This document shows positions 61,330 to 64,000 of a DNA stretch of 64,000 nt, one piece after another. The first letter of the stretch is position 1. Each line of letters starts with the position of its first letter. The translations under genes were made by a program, and so were the position numbers. Source of the stretch: Patescibacteria group bacterium (GTDB taxonomy: Bacteria; Patescibacteriota; Minisyncoccia; Minisyncoccales; Staskawiczbacteraceae); NCBI GenBank assembly GCA_038065715.1, contig JBBTQL010000006.1, positions 2,127 through 66,126 of the forward strand, written 5' to 3'. Under the pieces are notes generated by a model, which was not told the DNA's origin, made no database searches, and worked only from the letters and a program-made list of their open reading frames with translations.

Positions 61330-61339
61330 ATAATTTTAT

Positions 61340-61360
61340 AGACCCAAAAGGGTCTTTTTA
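61340..61360 (+). terminator. Intrinsic terminator
   Basis: AGACCC aaaa GGGTCT TTTT. Confidence 0.7.
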
Positions 61361-61396
61361 TTTTACTTCAATTAAAATAATAGATAAAAGTAAAAT

Positions 61397-61523
61397 AACC
61401 CCTCACTAATTTTACCAATAATTTATGTATTACCCCAATGACAGACGGAGTGAAGTAAGGCGAAGTCGCTTCGCCTAATAAAAATCTATTTCAACTTACA
61501 TGGCTGAAATTAGTGATGGGGTT
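61397..61523. repeat. 127-nt intergenic unit bounded by 17-nt inverted repeats (MITE-like)
   Basis: aacccctcactaattt ... aaattagtgatggggtt (one mismatch). Inner hairpin aggcgaag tc gcttcgcct. Confidence 0.6.
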
Positions 61524-61557
61524 TGGAATTTTATTAAAAATATGTTAAATTAGAAAA

Positions 61558-62671
61558 ATGACAGATTTAACTCCGCAAATAAAAGAGCTTCAAGAAAAAC
61601 TCCAGCATTTGGGAGACTGCCTTTGACGTTGAGCAAAAAGAAAAAGAAATAAAAGAGTTTGAAAAAGAAATGCAACTGCCTGGCTTTTGGAATGATAACG
61701 AAAAAGCAAAAAACATAAGCCAAAAAGTTTCTGTCCTAAAAGAGGATATTGAAAACAACGAATTGCTAAAAAAAGAATTGGCCGATTTAGTTGAGTTTAA
61801 TAGTTTAACGAAAGAAGACGAAAGTTTATCAGAAAACTTGGAAGACAAATTTTTGCAGCTTAAAATAAAAATAGAAAAAGAAGAGATAAAAACATTCTTG
61901 TCTGGAAAGTACGATAAAAATAATGCCATATTGGAAATATATTCTGGGGCAGGAGGCCAAGATTCGCAAGATTGGGCAACAATGCTGTTGCGCATGTATC
62001 AAAGATATTGCGCGACAAAAGGTTTTGAAACAGAAATTTTACATCAGTCATTTGGCGAATCTGGAGGGCCTGAAGGAAGAATTGGCACTAAAGCTGTAAC
62101 GCTGGAAATAAAAGGTAATTACGCTTTTGGTTTTTTGAAAAAAGAAACAGGAGTGCATAGATTAGTAAGGCAATCGCCTTTTTCAGCTCAAAAATTAAGG
62201 CACACTTCTTTTGCATTAATAGAGGTAATGCCAGAATTAAAAAAAGAAGAATCAGATATAGAAATAAAGCCAGAAGATTTGAAAATTGATACATTTAAGG
62301 CTTCGGGGCCCGGAGGGCAATATGTAAACAAAACAGAATCAGCAATAAGGCTGACCCATATAAAAACCGGCATAGCAGTTTCTTCGCAGTCAGAAAGATC
62401 TCAGGGAAAAAACAGGGAGAACGCAATGAAAATTTTGTATGCCAAGCTTTACCAGTTGAGAGAATCAGAAAAATCAAAAGAAATAAAAGAAATAAAGGGC
62501 GACAGGGTTTCAGCTCGCTTTGGGAATCAAATAAGGTCTTATGTATTGCATCCTTACAAAATGGTAAAAGATTTAAGGACTCAATATGAAACATCGGATG
62601 CAGAGGGGGTTTTAAACGGAAAGCTTGAAGAATTTATAGAGTCAGAAATTAAAGACAAAGAAATAAAATGA
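61558..62671 (+). CDS. prfB: Peptide chain release factor 2, with programmed +1 frameshift at 61621-61627
   Basis: Frame 0 gives MTDLTPQIKELQEKLQHLGDCL, then CTT TGA C with GGGAG upstream. The +1 frame continues DVEQKEKE... into the 61670 ORF. SPF and GGQ motifs are present (QSPFSAQ; SGPGGQYVNK). Confidence 0.9.
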
Positions 62672-63348
62672 TTAAGTTTGATAAAGTAACAAAAATTTAT
62701 ACAGAAGATACAGCGGTTTTAAATGATATTTCTTTTGAAATAAAAGAGGGAGAGTTTGTTTCTATTGTCGGAAAATCAGGAGCTGGCAAATCAACTTTAA
62801 TTAAATTGCTTTTAGGATTAGAAAAACCAACGTCAGGTGAAATTTATTTCGGAGACGTAAACGTGGAAAAAGCTGACGGCTTAGAACTGCAAAAAATAAG
62901 AAAGCGAGTAGGGTGTATTTTTCAGGATTACAGGCTTTTTCCGCAAAAAACAGTTTATGAAAATGTTTCATATATACTAACAGTTGAGGGAAAAGATAAC
63001 GAAGAAATAGCAGAAGAAGTGCCTAAAGTTCTTGAAGCAATTGGGTTAAAAGACCGCGCAGAAAGTTTTCCAAGAGAGTTATCTGGAGGGGAACAGCAAA
63101 GGCTGGCGGTTGCCAGAGCGTTAATAAATCATCCAGATGTTGTTGTTGCGGACGAACCAACTGGAAACCTTGATCCATATAATACTTATGAAGTTATTTC
63201 TCTTTTAGAAAAATTAAATAAGGCGGGCAAAACAGTGATTTTATTCACTCACGATAGGGAAGTGGTAAATAAGTTAGGAAAAAGAGTGATTACTTTAGAA
63301 AATGGTAAAATAATTCGCGACGAAGAAAAAGGAAGATTTATAATTTGA
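62668..63348 (+). CDS. ftsE: Cell division ATP-binding protein FtsE
   Basis: Walker A GKSGAGKST. ABC signature LSGGEQQR. Walker B VVVADEPT. Confidence 0.9.
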   Translation: MIKFDKVTKIYTEDTAVLNDISFEIKEGEFVSIVGKSGAGKSTLIKLLLGLEKPTSGEIYFGDVNVEKADGLELQKIRKRVGCIFQDYRLFPQKTVYENVSYILTVEGKDNEEIAEEVPKVLEAIGLKDRAESFPRELSGGEQQRLAVARALINHPDVVVADEPTGNLDPYNTYEVISLLEKLNKAGKTVILFTHDREVVNKLGKRVITLENGKIIRDEEKGRFII

Positions 63349-63367
63349 ACAAGCGAAGCGAGTGAAA

Positions 63368-63466
63368 ACCCCGCCCTCTACGCCGATTAAGCGTGAATCA
63401 ATAAAATTAAATATTAATATATAATTTGTTCATCTTGCTTTTTAATAACAGCTTAGAGGGCGGGGT
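63368..63466. repeat. 99-nt unit bounded by perfect 12-nt GC-rich inverted repeats, between ftsE and ftsX
   Basis: accccgccctct ... agagggcggggt with an AT-rich interior. Confidence 0.7.
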
Positions 63467-63481
63467 GCTCATTGTGTTCGC

Positions 63482-64000
63482 ATGCTAACAAATTTTGAAA
63501 GAATTTTTAAATTTGCAATTAATGATTTCAGCAGAAATAAGGGAGTAAGTTTAGCTGCTATTTTTATTTTATTTGTTGTTATTATGCTGGCAACATCGCT
63601 TTTATTTTTTCAGGGATTTGCCAGTTATTTGACAAATCAAATCCAAAACAAAATTGATATTACAGCTTATTTTAAAGACAACGCTACAGAGGATGATATT
63701 TTACAAGCCAAAAGTCAAATTTTGAAAATGTCTCCTGATGTAAAAAGCGTTGAGTATGTATCAAAAGAACAGGCATTGCAGGTATTTAACGAAAAGCATA
63801 AAGGAAATGAAATTATTTCGCAGGCAATAGAAGAGGTGGGAGCCAATCCTTTTTTGCCGTCTTTAAATATTATTACAACGGGCTCCACTTTGCAGTATGA
63901 ACAGATTTCAAATATTTTACAGTCAGACCAATTCAGCAATTTAATTGATAAGGTTGATTTTTCTGAAAAAAAGGATACAATTGAAAAGGTATTTTCGATT
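63482..64000 (+). CDS. ftsX: Cell division permease FtsX (3'-truncated by the window edge)
   Basis: Manual translation MLTNFERIFKFAINDFSRNKGVSLAAIFILFVVIMLATSLLFF... stays open to nt 64000. Follows ftsE. Absent from the ORF track because it has no stop. Confidence 0.8.
   Translation, partial: MLTNFERIFKFAINDFSRNKGVSLAAIFILFVVIMLATSLLFFQGFASYLTNQIQNKIDITAYFKDNATEDDILQAKSQILKMSPDVKSVEYVSKEQALQVFNEKHKGNEIISQAIEEVGANPFLPSLNIITTGSTLQYEQISNILQSDQFSNLIDKVDFSEKKDTIEKVFSI

Overview
AT-rich, gene-dense 64-kb window from a small-genome bacterium. Gene content fits a CPR/Patescibacteria (Parcubacteria-like) organism: secE-nusG-rplK with no rplA after it, truncated aminoacyl-tRNA synthetases, a DUF5667-like secreted protein and large repeat-rich surface proteins. 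This placement is inference only. The genetic code looks standard, because prfB carries the classical CUU-UGA-C +1 frameshift site. All calls rest on motif recognition and manual inspection; no BLAST, HMM or folding software was run. Most of the window is housekeeping: pheS, gyrB, secE, nusG, rplK, a dTMP block (dCMP deaminase, thyA, tmk, folA), gatB, miaA, miaB, glmS, thrS, dnaE, rnhB, rpmF, nusB, rnc, rpsP, trmD, murA, two mreB, holB, frr, rseP, proS, gatC, gatA, prfB, ftsE and ftsX. Five things stand out. (1) A ~6-kb element (55056-61027) sits between tRNA-Gly(CCC) and tRNA-Thr(CGT). It encodes a large serine recombinase and two secreted proteins, and it carries an internal, perfectly inverted 329-nt copy of its own joined ends, giving a 2-micron-like layout. 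The recombinase ORF reads through the attachment core into the antisense strand of the tRNA. (2) Many short GC-rich palindromic elements, including at least three recognisable sequence families, lie in frame inside conserved housekeeping genes as well as between genes. This resembles Rickettsia palindromic elements. (3) Several GC-richer ORFan cassettes interrupt housekeeping operons, each with a near-consensus TTGACA-N16/17-TATnnT promoter and, where flanking sequence allows, its own terminator. (4) PheRS is a single-chain, FARS2-like (mitochondrial-type) enzyme. (5) A tandem radical-SAM pair sits where rplA would normally be.
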